From positions 192,001 to 256,000 of the forward strand of contig JAEOUA010000003.1 of the NCBI GenBank assembly GCA_016839555.1: a stretch of DNA of 64,000 nt. Reading direction: 5' to 3'. Position 1 is the first letter of the stretch; each line of letters starts with the position of its first letter. The position numbers and the translations under genes are program-made. This document shows, piece after piece, positions 9,605 to 19,829 of the stretch. This DNA is from Promethearchaeota archaeon (GTDB taxonomy: Archaea > Asgardarchaeota > Lokiarchaeia > Sigyniarchaeales > SOKP01). Below the pieces are notes generated by a model, which was not told the DNA's origin, made no database searches, and saw only the letters and a program-made list of their open reading frames with translations.

Positions 9605-10324
9605 TTGGATAGGATGGAAAAAATTACTTTGGACACATATAAAGGCGTTATTTTTGATTTAGATGGAGTAATTTATGATATAAATGATGCTATCAGAAAA
9701 GCTGTTGATGATATTATTGAGAAATATAATTTAAAAGTAAATATTGATAGTATATTACAAGAAATTGCCCATTTGATTGAGGAACTGCAATATAAACCAG
9801 TTCCAAAATCTATTTTAGATTCATATAATCTACTTAAGCTTGATTTTCTTGAAGGATTATCCTATTTTAAAAAATTACGAATTGCACTTTTCCTTTTTAA
9901 TCAATTTAACAAATATAGAGAAGATGCTGGTTTATTTAGTGGTATAGAGGAATTAATTGAGAAATTATCTAAACAGAACTTAAAATTGGCAATATTAACG
10001 AACAATAAAAGTAGTTATGCTGAAGAAATCTTAGAAAGATTTAATTTAGCGAATTACTTTCCCACGATAGTTGGATTTAATGAAGTATCGAACGTTAAAC
10101 CTGATCCAGAAGGATTAATTAAAATAATGAATGATTGGAACGTCAAGCCAAGCGAAACTATTTTTATAGGGGATATGCAAACAGATGTAAAAGCAGGTAA
10201 AGCGGCAGGAACAACAATGGTTTGTGTCGCAAGCGGTTTAGCTGAAAAAGAAGCACTTTTAGAAGAAGAACCCGATTATCTGGTTGATGATACTGATGGA
10301 TTAAGAAATTTATTTGGTCTTTAA
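9605..10324 (+). CDS. HAD-superfamily phosphatase (phosphoglycolate phosphatase-like)
   Basis: FDLDG, ILTN, KPDP and IGDMQTD. Confidence 0.85.
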   Translation: MDRMEKITLDTYKGVIFDLDGVIYDINDAIRKAVDDIIEKYNLKVNIDSILQEIAHLIEELQYKPVPKSILDSYNLLKLDFLEGLSYFKKLRIALFLFNQFNKYREDAGLFSGIEELIEKLSKQNLKLAILTNNKSSYAEEILERFNLANYFPTIVGFNEVSNVKPDPEGLIKIMNDWNVKPSETIFIGDMQTDVKAGKAAGTTMVCVASGLAEKEALLEEEPDYLVDDTDGLRNLFGL

Positions 10325-10434
10325 ACTAGTGGTTTATCTAATAATGATAAACTCTTATAGACAATTATTTAATAAAGTAAATTGCTTTAAACTCTCTTAT
10401 AAATAGAATATAAATATGCTTTTTCTTTAAATTT

Positions 10435-10617
10435 TTATTCTTGGCCATAAACTTTGGTCCATCTGGTTTTTCGAGGATTTTTCTTTTGCTCTAACATTGC
10501 ATTTCTGCATTTTTTCGAACAAAAATGAAGTATTGTTCCATCCTTTCTAACATACATAATACCACGTCCTATTGGGATGTCGTATTGGCAAAAACTACAA
10601 ATGTTCCTTCTTGGCAT
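10435..10617 (-). CDS. rpl24e: 50S ribosomal protein L24e
   Basis: CSFC..IPIGRGIMYVRKDG..LHFCSKKC..NPRKTRWT. Confidence 0.95.
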   Translation of the reverse strand: MPRRNICSFCQYDIPIGRGIMYVRKDGTILHFCSKKCRNAMLEQKKNPRKTRWTKVYGQE

Positions 10618-10655
10618 TATTGTTTCACTTAAATTTTTTGATATTATTTTTTATT

Positions 10656-11045
10656 CTATTCCTTGCTACTTTCAAAAAGTTCGCTTTCTCCCTCTTTAAT
10701 GATTTTAAGATTTACTAGAGTCATATTCGCAGTTATTTCGTTTCCGCGCACCATTTTTCTTCTTTTTTGCCCTTTTCTTTTCGGTTTATATCCTACACGC
10801 TTCTTAGAAACTAAAATTTTCTTTTTCACAGGCCCTTGTATCTCTTTTACCATAGGAAATCCACTGGAGTCTGAACCACCAGTTATTATGAATTCATAAT
10901 TAGGAAATCCAACTAAGCCGCCCTTCACTGTTTCTCCGATACGCATTCCCTCTATACTACCAAATCTTCTATCATCTATTATAATCTTTTTAGAACGTCC
11001 ATCGGGCGCAGAAATGTTTAATTTATACACGGTTTTTTCTGACAT
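10656..11045 (-). CDS. rps6e: 30S ribosomal protein S6e
   Basis: ITGGSDSSGFPM and GQKRRKMVRGN. Confidence 0.95.
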   Translation of the reverse strand: MSEKTVYKLNISAPDGRSKKIIIDDRRFGSIEGMRIGETVKGGLVGFPNYEFIITGGSDSSGFPMVKEIQGPVKKKILVSKKRVGYKPKRKGQKRRKMVRGNEITANMTLVNLKIIKEGESELFESSKE

Positions 11046-11219
11046 AATAATTTCTTACCGAGATGATGTATAATTATTGTTTAAAATTGTTTAAATTTTA
11101 TTAATTTTATTAATTCTAATAATTATGTTTATCAAAAATCAATTCTTTAATATTAGAGACTCTATAGAAAAAAGAACTCGTTGATAGTATAATTTTCTAT
11201 CAATTTTTATGATAATAAA

Positions 11220-12560
11220 ATGGTTCTGCTTATTAATCCAAAAACCTCAAAACCAACGGAGATAAATAGTGATTTTTTCAGAGAACCTAATATGGGGTTG
11301 CTATATCTCGCTGCAGTATTGGATAGCAATAATATTGATGTTGAAATCTTGGATCTTGAGCAATTCATGAAATTAGGCAAAAACCAGAGAAAAGATATTA
11401 TAATAGAAAGCGCTACCAGCCACCAAATAATTGGCATCACTTCACTAACAAACACATTTAATAATGCTTTACAAATCGCCTCTATTATAAAGAATCAATT
11501 TCCTGAAAAATTCATAATTATGGGGGGCGCCCATGTATCCTTTCTTTATGAAAAAATATTAAAAATGGATTTTCAGAATGAAAATATTATTGATATTATT
11601 TGTATAGGAGAGGCAGAAGATAATTTTTTAAAGCTAGTTAAATTACTTCTTACTCATAATTTAAACAGTTCAAATTTCGGAGGTTTAAAACAAAAGATTA
11701 ACAATATTAAAGATATTGCTTATATTAATTCTAAGGGAAAATATATCTATACAGGCATTCAACCAAAAATAATTAATTTAGATAACTTACCTCTACCTGC
11801 AAGATATAAATTATCTCCAGTAAATTATGCTTATACCGTGGCCAATGTAATTGTAAACCGGGGGTGTCCAAATGAATGTTCTTTCTGCTCAAGACAGAGA
11901 TTATTCAAGACCACAAGAATAAAATCGATAAATTCGCTAATTGCCGAATTAAGAGATATCAAATCATCATTTACTTACAAATTTATCAATTTCTATGATA
12001 ATATAAATCTAAATAACCAAATCTTCCAAGAGTTTTGTAATATATTAAAAAGAAAGGAATTCAATTTGCCTTGGGGTTGTGAGCTGCGTATTGATAAAAT
12101 TTCTTATGATGACGCTAGATTATTAAAAGAGGCGGGTTGTATGGTTATAGCCACAGGAATAGAATCTGCTAGCGAAAAAGTCTTGAAACAAAATTTTAAA
12201 TATCAAAATCCTGAAAGGATAAAGAAAGGAATTGAAAATTTAAAAAAATTTAACATTCCTATTCAAGCATATTTTATATTAGGACTCCCCGGCGAAACTC
12301 AAAAAACCTTTCAAAAAACTATCGATTACATTAAAAATTTACCTTTAATTAAAGAAGATATCATCAATTATTTTATGGCCACTCCTTATCCTGGTTCTAA
12401 GCTTTGGGAAGATAGTAGTGCTTTTCAAATAAAAATTTTTGAAAGTGATTTTTCCAAATATGATTGTAATCATCTGATATTTGAAACTAAGGATCTTAAA
12501 AGGGTGCAACTAGAAAAGATGAGAAAAGAAGCAAAAGAAATAGAAAACCATTATCAATAA
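11220..12560 (+). CDS. B12-binding radical SAM protein
   Basis: GLLYLAAVL, GGAHVS, IGEAE, RGCPNECSFC, GIES and GLPGET. Confidence 0.85.
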   Translation: MVLLINPKTSKPTEINSDFFREPNMGLLYLAAVLDSNNIDVEILDLEQFMKLGKNQRKDIIIESATSHQIIGITSLTNTFNNALQIASIIKNQFPEKFIIMGGAHVSFLYEKILKMDFQNENIIDIICIGEAEDNFLKLVKLLLTHNLNSSNFGGLKQKINNIKDIAYINSKGKYIYTGIQPKIINLDNLPLPARYKLSPVNYAYTVANVIVNRGCPNECSFCSRQRLFKTTRIKSINSLIAELRDIKSSFTYKFINFYDNINLNNQIFQEFCNILKRKEFNLPWGCELRIDKISYDDARLLKEAGCMVIATGIESASEKVLKQNFKYQNPERIKKGIENLKKFNIPIQAYFILGLPGETQKTFQKTIDYIKNLPLIKEDIINYFMATPYPGSKLWEDSSAFQIKIFESDFSKYDCNHLIFETKDLKRVQLEKMRKEAKEIENHYQ

Positions 12561-12714
12561 AAATACTAATACAAATAAGATCTTCATTCTCTATTAATTT
12601 CCTTCTATTATTTTTTCTCAATTTAATTTTTTTACAAAGATATTTAAATAATTCAAATAATAAAATTATGAAAAAGAAATAAGAAAAATAAATATAAAAA
12701 AATAGTGAGATCGA

Positions 12715-13437
12715 ATGGTAAAAGGAAAAGAATTTGAATATGATATATTGGAAAGTCCCACATTTTCCTATTTGAGAATCCATTTGAAAAGGGGGCAACA
12801 AATCCAATGTGAAGGGGGCTCAATGATATATTTCAATCCCGCGCTGGAAATTGCAACAAAAAAAGCAAGCAAAGGATTTTTAAAATCACTTAAAAGAGTA
12901 CTAGCTGGTGAAACTTTTTTCTTGAACACTTTCACGGCAAAAGGAGATGGGTATTTAGGATTAGCTCCCGCATTCTTGGGTGATTTAATGCATATTCCGA
13001 TGGAACCAGGTAAGAAATGGATATTATTTAGTGGGTCTTTTATTGCAAGTTCAATTCATTTTAATACTGAAACAGAATTTTTAGGATTAAAAAGGGGTTT
13101 ATTCGCAGGAGAGCGTGCCTTTTATTTGCTTATAGATTCTCTAGATAGCTCAGGTGATTTATTTATTGGAGCAAATGGCGCCTTTTTTGAAATAACATTA
13201 GCTCCAGGTCAAATATTCAATTGCGATAATGGGCATCTTGTTGCTATGGAAGATTCTGTTACTTTTGATATAAAGCGTGTGGGAAATTTAAAGTCTACGT
13301 TTTTATCCGGTGAGGGGGTGATCACTCAACTTAAAGGACCGGGAAGAGTCATTATGCAGTCGAGAAATCCAAGAGAATTTGCCATGTGGATCTATTCTTT
13401 AATGCCGAAGGAAAGAACAACTAGTTCAAGTTTTTAA
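12715..13437 (+). CDS. AIM24/TIGR00266 family protein
   Basis: EGGSM, LAGETFF, DNGHLVA, SGEG and GPGRVIMQSR. Confidence 0.85.
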   Translation: MVKGKEFEYDILESPTFSYLRIHLKRGQQIQCEGGSMIYFNPALEIATKKASKGFLKSLKRVLAGETFFLNTFTAKGDGYLGLAPAFLGDLMHIPMEPGKKWILFSGSFIASSIHFNTETEFLGLKRGLFAGERAFYLLIDSLDSSGDLFIGANGAFFEITLAPGQIFNCDNGHLVAMEDSVTFDIKRVGNLKSTFLSGEGVITQLKGPGRVIMQSRNPREFAMWIYSLMPKERTTSSSF

Positions 13438-13538
13438 AATATCCTTTTTTATTATAATTTTTATTATTAATTCCATTTTTTTTAGGTTTCTTTTAAAACA
13501 ATTTAAGACTAAAAAATTAAATTATAAAATAAATAAAT

Positions 13539-13560
13539 TCTAATCACATTATAATAATGT
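13539..13560. promoter_or_regulatory. Operator-like 22-bp element, copy 1
   Basis: TCTAATCACATTATAATAATGT containing the palindrome ACATTAT-A-ATAATGT; identical copy at 14161. Confidence 0.7.
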
Positions 13561-13575
13561 TTAAAACAATAAGAG

Positions 13576-13920
13576 GTGATAATTATAGCTTTTAAAGCAC
13601 TATTTCTTGCACATGCACCTGATGGAGAGGCAGAAAAGCATAGATGTGTTATTGAAACACCTAATCTCTATAAGCTCTTTGTGGTAGTGGTCAAAAACCA
13701 GGAGCAAGCAATTGAAGTATCAAAAAAATTTGTTAGAGATGAGGGAATTCAGTCAATCCTCCTCTGTCCAGGTTTCGCATATAAAGATATTGCTGAATTA
13801 AAAGATGCGGTTGGTGAAAATGTCGGACTTTTTGTGGCCAGAGGAGATGGCCCAAGTAACAGGGTTTCAATGGAAGTCATGATACGAGAAGGGTTTTTAC
13901 AAGAAAAAGGGAAAGGATAA
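13576..13920 (+). CDS. Conserved hypothetical protein (DUF6506-like); start may be ATA at 13585
   Basis: AFKALFLAHAPD and GIQSILLCPGF; GAGGTGA SD overlaps the called GTG. Confidence 0.65.
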   Translation: MIIIAFKALFLAHAPDGEAEKHRCVIETPNLYKLFVVVVKNQEQAIEVSKKFVRDEGIQSILLCPGFAYKDIAELKDAVGENVGLFVARGDGPSNRVSMEVMIREGFLQEKGKG

Positions 13921-14160
13921 AAAGATCAATAATAATTCAACGAGAACTTTTTAATTTTCAAAATTATTTTATTGAAAATTACATATTTTTTTATTTGATT
14001 AGAATTATAGCAGAAAATTGAAGTAGATTTTAGAATAATTTCTAAAATAATAATTAATTTTCTAATACAGAGATAGAAAGATTATAATATCTTTTTTATC
14101 TTGTTAATAATGTAATACTAATATATTACTAGAAAAATATATCATTTGAAATAATTAAAC

Positions 14161-14182
14161 TCTAATCACATTATAATAATGT
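14161..14182. promoter_or_regulatory. Operator-like 22-bp element, copy 2
   Basis: Identical to 13539-13560; lies upstream of fae-hps. Confidence 0.7.
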
Positions 14183-14219
14183 GAATTCTATCAAAATAAT
14201 AAAAAAAAAGCAAATAATT

Positions 14220-15515
14220 ATGCCGAGTAAAATGGATTTTTATATAGGAGAGGCTTTAATTGGCGAGGCTCCGGATTTAGCTCACTTAGATGTGATGATT
14301 GGTTCAAAATCAGGTCCTGTGGGGTATGCTTTTTCACAGAGTTTAAGTCAGCCCTCTATGGGTCACGGTTCTCTTTTAGCAGTAATCAGACCAAATTTGG
14401 TACCAAAACCGCAAACTCTTATCATTCCGAAGGTCACGATATCTAAAATGGAAGAGGCGAATAAAATTTTTGGACCCGCCCAATCTGCAGTTGCGAAAGC
14501 TGTCGCTGATTCTGTTGAAGAAGGAGTAATTCCATTAAATAAAATAGACGAGTGGGTAATAATAGTTAATGTATTTATTCATCCAGAAGCAAAAGATTAC
14601 AGAAAAATATATCAATATAACTATGGCGCAACAAAGCTTGCATTAAAGCGCGCTTTAAATAATTATCCTCCTATTGAAAAGATCTTTTATGATAAAGATA
14701 GAGCGAAACATCCTGTTGCAGGAATAAAAGCTCCAAAATTATGGAGACCCCCCTATTTACAAATTGCACTCGATCATCCTTCTTTAGAACATCAAACTAA
14801 AGTAGTTAAACAACTACCTAAAAGTGATAGAATTATTCTAGAAGCTGGAACTCCTTTTCTTAAAAAATATGGCATGGAAGTAATTGAGAAAATAAGGGAA
14901 GCTGCCCCAAATAAATATATTGTTGCAGATCTTAAGACCCTAGACGTTGGAAAACTCGAAGTTGATGATGCATTTAATGCCGGAGCGGATGCTGTAGTGT
15001 GTAGTGGATTAGCATCTGCAGCATCAATAGATAAATTTCTGTTAGAAGCAGAAAGAATGGGGATTGATGGAATTATAGACATGATGGAAGTTCCAGATCC
15101 TGTCGCAAAGCTCGAAAAATTAAAGCAAATTCCCCGTGTAGTAATACTACATCGTGGAATCGATGCTGAACAATCAACAAAAATAGAAGGGACTAATGAG
15201 GCTCAAAAGAAAAGATGGGGCTTTGTTCCAAAAATAAAAGAACTATATAAAGATAAAGAGTTAGCAAGTGGGAGAGATAGAGTATTAGTAGCAGTAGCGG
15301 GAGGAATAGTACCAGAAACGGCAAGTGATGCGCTATCAATGGGAGCTGATATTTTAATCGTAGGGAGATTCATAACCAGCTCTAAAGACATAAAGAATTC
15401 AACACGAAGAATTATAAATATATTACCAGGGTATTCAGACATAGATTTAAAGAGAATCCATACTGAAGACGACGACAGAGAAGCTCTGGAAAAAGCTTTA
15501 AAGGAAAAAGATTAA
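14220..15515 (+). CDS. fae-hps: Bifunctional formaldehyde-activating enzyme / 3-hexulose-6-phosphate synthase
   Basis: IGEALIG, AHLD, FGPAQSAVAKAV, YNYGATK (Fae); LQIALD, LEAGTP, ADLKTLDVG, HRGID, VAGG (HPS). ATG 14220 preferred because GTG 14181 falls inside the operator. Confidence 0.92.
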   Translation: MPSKMDFYIGEALIGEAPDLAHLDVMIGSKSGPVGYAFSQSLSQPSMGHGSLLAVIRPNLVPKPQTLIIPKVTISKMEEANKIFGPAQSAVAKAVADSVEEGVIPLNKIDEWVIIVNVFIHPEAKDYRKIYQYNYGATKLALKRALNNYPPIEKIFYDKDRAKHPVAGIKAPKLWRPPYLQIALDHPSLEHQTKVVKQLPKSDRIILEAGTPFLKKYGMEVIEKIREAAPNKYIVADLKTLDVGKLEVDDAFNAGADAVVCSGLASAASIDKFLLEAERMGIDGIIDMMEVPDPVAKLEKLKQIPRVVILHRGIDAEQSTKIEGTNEAQKKRWGFVPKIKELYKDKELASGRDRVLVAVAGGIVPETASDALSMGADILIVGRFITSSKDIKNSTRRIINILPGYSDIDLKRIHTEDDDREALEKALKEKD

Positions 15516-15588
15516 AAATTATTTTTGTTTAACTAATTTTTACTCATTCTTCATTAATTAATATCTAATTTTTATTAATTATCATAAT

Positions 15589-17856
15589 TTATTGTTGTAT
15601 GGGTCTACTTTTATTTTTATAGATGGAATAAATGAATTGAGAAAAAATTCGGGCGTATTCCTCTTGATTGCTTATAATACTTATTAATTCTTGTTCCTTT
15701 TCTGAGGAAGGACAGAGAATTACCTCCTCGTCATCACGTGAAATAGCATAAAATCTTCCCTCTTTAGGAAGGTGACGGAAGATTACATTTCCACCTCTTA
15801 ATTTTCTCATTTCTTCCTTGAATTTTGTCATATCCCAGTGGCAGATTATAGTAATGTTTATGGATTTGTCTTCTGCGAGTTTTCTGGAAATTTCTTGTAA
15901 GATTTCAGGCACAACTATTGGAGTTATAATCATAAGCGATGATTTTGCTTGAAATATAGCGTCTACCATTGCTGATATTAGTGTTTCCCTTCCTAAAGTA
16001 TGCCAAGTAGTGATTTCTGATATTTCGGGTATTTCTTTTGATGCATTAAAAATATCCATTAATTTTTGTTCATTAGATTTCGCAGTCTCATTTGTATCAT
16101 GAATATAATTTTGAAATTTTGAGATCCAATCATTTATAGTATTTTTTATCTTTTGGATGGTATTTTTTGAGGTATTTGTAAGACTGTCTTGCAGAGTTTT
16201 AGTACTTTCTTCACAGTTACTTATATGATTTTCCAATAAGGTTGTTAAGTTAGAATTTAATTCGGTTGATTCTTCTTCCCAGGAGCTTATATGATTATTA
16301 ATTTTATCAGATATACTATTTTTGACATTGCTAAATTTATTATCAATACTTAAGACCCAAGAATCATTTTTTTTCTGAACATCTTGATTATAATCAGTAT
16401 AATGCCTTAATATGTCTTCTTTGTGTAAGTTGATTGCCTGATTGTATTGGTCATTATGTTCACTAATAGTTTTTTCTATTAAATCACTTAGTTTTACTGT
16501 TGTGTCTGAACAATCTTCAATACCAGAATTGAGAGTTTTTTCAATTTCTTTAGAGAGCTCAGAAGCTAAATGTTCCAATTGAATATCAATGGTGCTTTCA
16601 GCTTTTTGGTTAAGATCAGCTGTTTCCGTCGCTAAAGCGTTATTTTCGGTTGTAATTATTCCTGTCAACTCTAATTTTATTCTATCTGTGGTTTCTTTAT
16701 TTATTTGTATGAACTCATCACTGGTTTTCACAAAATCCTCTTTTAAAGGTTTGGAAAGTTCCAAGATCTCTTTTTTCACTTGCTCATACTTTTCTTTATA
16801 TTCTTCATGTTTTCCTCCCAATAAAGCTTTGAATGCAGAGAATCTACTGGAAAGATCTTTGGAAAGGTCTGTATATAAATCAGAGTATTGTAAAAGATTA
16901 TCAATTAATTGGCTTGTGGTTTCCTTAAATCTAGTAATTTCATTAACAACAGTTTCATTTTTTTCATCAAAAGTTGATTTTAAACTGTTTTTTAAATTCT
17001 CAGTTGTATTTTTCAAATTATTTATGTGATTATAAAGTAAATTAGAAATCTTATTCTTTAAATCAACTACAATTTTGTCCATTCTTTCGAAATATTTTTC
17101 AAGAATAAGATTCATTTTTGGTTGGAGCTCTCCCGCAGTCGTTTTATGTCGTTCATAATGTTCATCCAGTTCTTTTTTAAGCTCTATTTCCAGATCCTCT
17201 AATTTATTATTGAAATCACTCAATAATTCAGACATTAGGCGTTTAATATCATCTTTAGATGTTTTTATTTTATTTTCGTTTTGTTCTTTAAAAGATCCGG
17301 ATAGAGATTTTAAATCAGTATTTAAGGTATCCAAGATCTCCTGAACGTCTTTTTGAAAATCTTCACCAGTCGCAGTAAATTTATCTTTTGCTTTTATTAT
17401 TCTTTTTTCTTTACTTTGATTTTTCATATCGGTTTCTTTAATGAATATCTTGCTCTGAGAACTTAATGCATCAGTAAATTCCTCAATACTTTTTTTTTCT
17501 ATTTCTTCTAAGGTTTTAAATTGATTGGATTTATCCTTTGTTACTTGCCCTTTTAGTTTTGTAAGATTTTTTCGTAAATTTTCCGATTGTGAACTGTATA
17601 ATTCAAAGTAAGGCTCAAGAGGTATATATCTTTTTACTATACCTTCTATTTCCTTTAAAAATCCACTTTCTACCAATTTTTCTGTAATAGTGATAACAGT
17701 TTCATATTTAATTTCATTCTTTTTACCATATTTAAAAAATAAATAGACTTCCCCTACCGTGGCTCGGGGAACCCGACAATAAACCTCATAAATTGCTAGT
17801 TCATCCTCTGTAAGCCCATACTGGTCAAAAATCTCTTCTACAAATTTTTTTATCAT
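15589..17856 (-). CDS. TrmB-like HTH + long alpha-helical rod + C-terminal PLD-like (TrmB effector-type) domain
   Basis: GLTEDELAIY...LVESGFL...RYIPLEP; about 520 aa helical middle; AKSSLMIITP...RDDEEVIL. Confidence 0.6.
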   Translation of the reverse strand: MIKKFVEEIFDQYGLTEDELAIYEVYCRVPRATVGEVYLFFKYGKKNEIKYETVITITEKLVESGFLKEIEGIVKRYIPLEPYFELYSSQSENLRKNLTKLKGQVTKDKSNQFKTLEEIEKKSIEEFTDALSSQSKIFIKETDMKNQSKEKRIIKAKDKFTATGEDFQKDVQEILDTLNTDLKSLSGSFKEQNENKIKTSKDDIKRLMSELLSDFNNKLEDLEIELKKELDEHYERHKTTAGELQPKMNLILEKYFERMDKIVVDLKNKISNLLYNHINNLKNTTENLKNSLKSTFDEKNETVVNEITRFKETTSQLIDNLLQYSDLYTDLSKDLSSRFSAFKALLGGKHEEYKEKYEQVKKEILELSKPLKEDFVKTSDEFIQINKETTDRIKLELTGIITTENNALATETADLNQKAESTIDIQLEHLASELSKEIEKTLNSGIEDCSDTTVKLSDLIEKTISEHNDQYNQAINLHKEDILRHYTDYNQDVQKKNDSWVLSIDNKFSNVKNSISDKINNHISSWEEESTELNSNLTTLLENHISNCEESTKTLQDSLTNTSKNTIQKIKNTINDWISKFQNYIHDTNETAKSNEQKLMDIFNASKEIPEISEITTWHTLGRETLISAMVDAIFQAKSSLMIITPIVVPEILQEISRKLAEDKSINITIICHWDMTKFKEEMRKLRGGNVIFRHLPKEGRFYAISRDDEEVILCPSSEKEQELISIISNQEEYARIFSQFIYSIYKNKSRPIQQ

Positions 17857-17953
17857 AAAAAATACCTGCCTTTCTTAATTAAACAATCTATTAAAATTAT
17901 TTTTTAATAATTAATAATACTATTTAAAATAGTCTTTAGTTTATTGAAAGTAA

Positions 17954-19744
17954 TTAGCTAAATTTATATAAGCTTTTATTTAGTTCCCTCAGATATTTCC
18001 TAAACATTTTAAGTATTTCACGATCATAAGTTAATATGCCGTTTACTTCTCCCTCAACATCAGTGATTTGAGTATAAATAGCAGCGCTCAATCCTTGTTC
18101 GATTAATGGTTTAAGTTTATCAATTAATTTTTTATATCTTTTCATTAATTTATCACGAGTGCGAATTTTCCTATACACAAATTTATTTTTAATCTCCCAC
18201 ATATGATTTTCAAACTCCAAACCTAGACCTCCAAATTCACCTATTACGGCAGCACGAAACCCAATTTTTTCAATCGGGGGCATTATGGGATTTGGATAAC
18301 TATGTTGATCAATGATATCTCCTACACCGAAATCAAACCAACCACTTGCTGCGTCTATAAGTCTTGAAGAATCTAAGTTTTTTATTAGATTTACTATGTT
18401 TTCTGTATCAAATTGACCCCATCCTTCATTAAAAGGAACCCAAGTAATAATGGATGGAAAATTAAAGAGATTCTTTATAATAGATTTAAGCTCGTTATAA
18501 TAATATTCTTTACTTTTTTCTCCTCGGGATTCTTTTAAATTATTAATATTCGGAGGTAGATCGCTTATATAATTAACCCCACCATTTGGCATGTCCTGCC
18601 AGACTAACATCCCAATCTTATCACAATGATAATACCAGCGGGCAGGTTCTACCTTCACATGCTTTCGAATCATGTTAAATCCGAGGTCTTTAGTAATTTC
18701 AATATCAAAGCGTAGACCTTCATCGGTGGGGGCCGTATAAAGTCCATCAGGCCAATATCCTTGATCCAATGTACCGTATTGAAATATTTTTTCGTTGTTG
18801 AGCTCAATAGTTTTAATTCCATTTATTTCCTTTCCAAGGCTTATTTTTCTCATCCCAAAATAGGATTCTATCTTATCTAAAGTCTCATTATTTTTTTTGA
18901 GTATTATTTTTAGATCATAAAGAAATGGACTTTCTGGGCTCCATAATTTTGGAGAAGGAATCTTTAAAAGAATATCTTTATTAATACTCGAAAGGGAAGC
19001 AACTATTTTATCATCTTCTTTTATATCAACTTGGATCATACACTTTGCTAATTCATTGTTAATTGAAATCGATAGATTTAGTGTTTCCTCATCAATATTG
19101 GGTTTTATTTTGATATTGCTAATATAGATTCTGCGAACTGGTTCAAGCCAAACCGTCTGCCAAATGCCCGAAACTGCAGTATACCAAATAATTTTAGGTT
19201 TTAAAGCCTGTTTACCACGTTCTTGTTCTCCCGTATCCGTAGGATCCCAGACTTTTACAATTAATTCATTATCTTTTTCATAATCAATATATTTAGAGAT
19301 TTCAAAAGAAAATGGTGTATATCCCCCTTTATGAACCCCCAATTTTTTCTTATTTATCCATACGCTTGCTTGCCAATCAACAGCTCCAAAATGTAGCAAT
19401 AGAAGTTTATTTTCCCAATCTTTAGGCACGCGAAAGAATCTTCTATAATACAATCTATATTTCGGTTTTAATTTCTTTTTTACTCCAGATAAAGCAGATT
19501 CGATGGGAAATGGAACAAGGATTTTACCGTCATAATTTTTAACTTCACTTTCCACTTTTGGGTATATAGCATAATCCCACAAACCGTTCAAATTTAGCCA
19601 TGCTTTGCGTTTCATTTGAGGCCTAGGGTATTCAGGAAGTGGGTTTTCAGGATTAATATCACCACTCCAGCAAGTTTTTATCTGATCTTCAATAGGCTTC
19701 CATTTGGAGCTTATGCTCGTATTTATCTTTTTTCTATCATTCAT
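17954..19744 (-). CDS. Glycoside hydrolase family 2
   Basis: LNLNGLW, LHFGAVD, HKGGY, SGIWQTVWLE, GFNMIRKH, WVPFNEGWG and GEFGG. Confidence 0.9.
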   Translation of the reverse strand: MNDRKKINTSISSKWKPIEDQIKTCWSGDINPENPLPEYPRPQMKRKAWLNLNGLWDYAIYPKVESEVKNYDGKILVPFPIESALSGVKKKLKPKYRLYYRRFFRVPKDWENKLLLLHFGAVDWQASVWINKKKLGVHKGGYTPFSFEISKYIDYEKDNELIVKVWDPTDTGEQERGKQALKPKIIWYTAVSGIWQTVWLEPVRRIYISNIKIKPNIDEETLNLSISINNELAKCMIQVDIKEDDKIVASLSSINKDILLKIPSPKLWSPESPFLYDLKIILKKNNETLDKIESYFGMRKISLGKEINGIKTIELNNEKIFQYGTLDQGYWPDGLYTAPTDEGLRFDIEITKDLGFNMIRKHVKVEPARWYYHCDKIGMLVWQDMPNGGVNYISDLPPNINNLKESRGEKSKEYYYNELKSIIKNLFNFPSIITWVPFNEGWGQFDTENIVNLIKNLDSSRLIDAASGWFDFGVGDIIDQHSYPNPIMPPIEKIGFRAAVIGEFGGLGLEFENHMWEIKNKFVYRKIRTRDKLMKRYKKLIDKLKPLIEQGLSAAIYTQITDVEGEVNGILTYDREILKMFRKYLRELNKSLYKFS

Positions 19745-19829
19745 GTCTAATAATAGTCACTATAAACATTATAGCAATTCTCTTATATTATAAAAATATC
19801 TATTTTATATTAAATAAAAAATTTGAAAT

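Noticed and set aside
15589-17856. SMC/Rad50 annotation for the long helical protein
   Set aside because: No Walker A/B or ABC signature; the ends look like TrmB-HTH and PLD-like domains.
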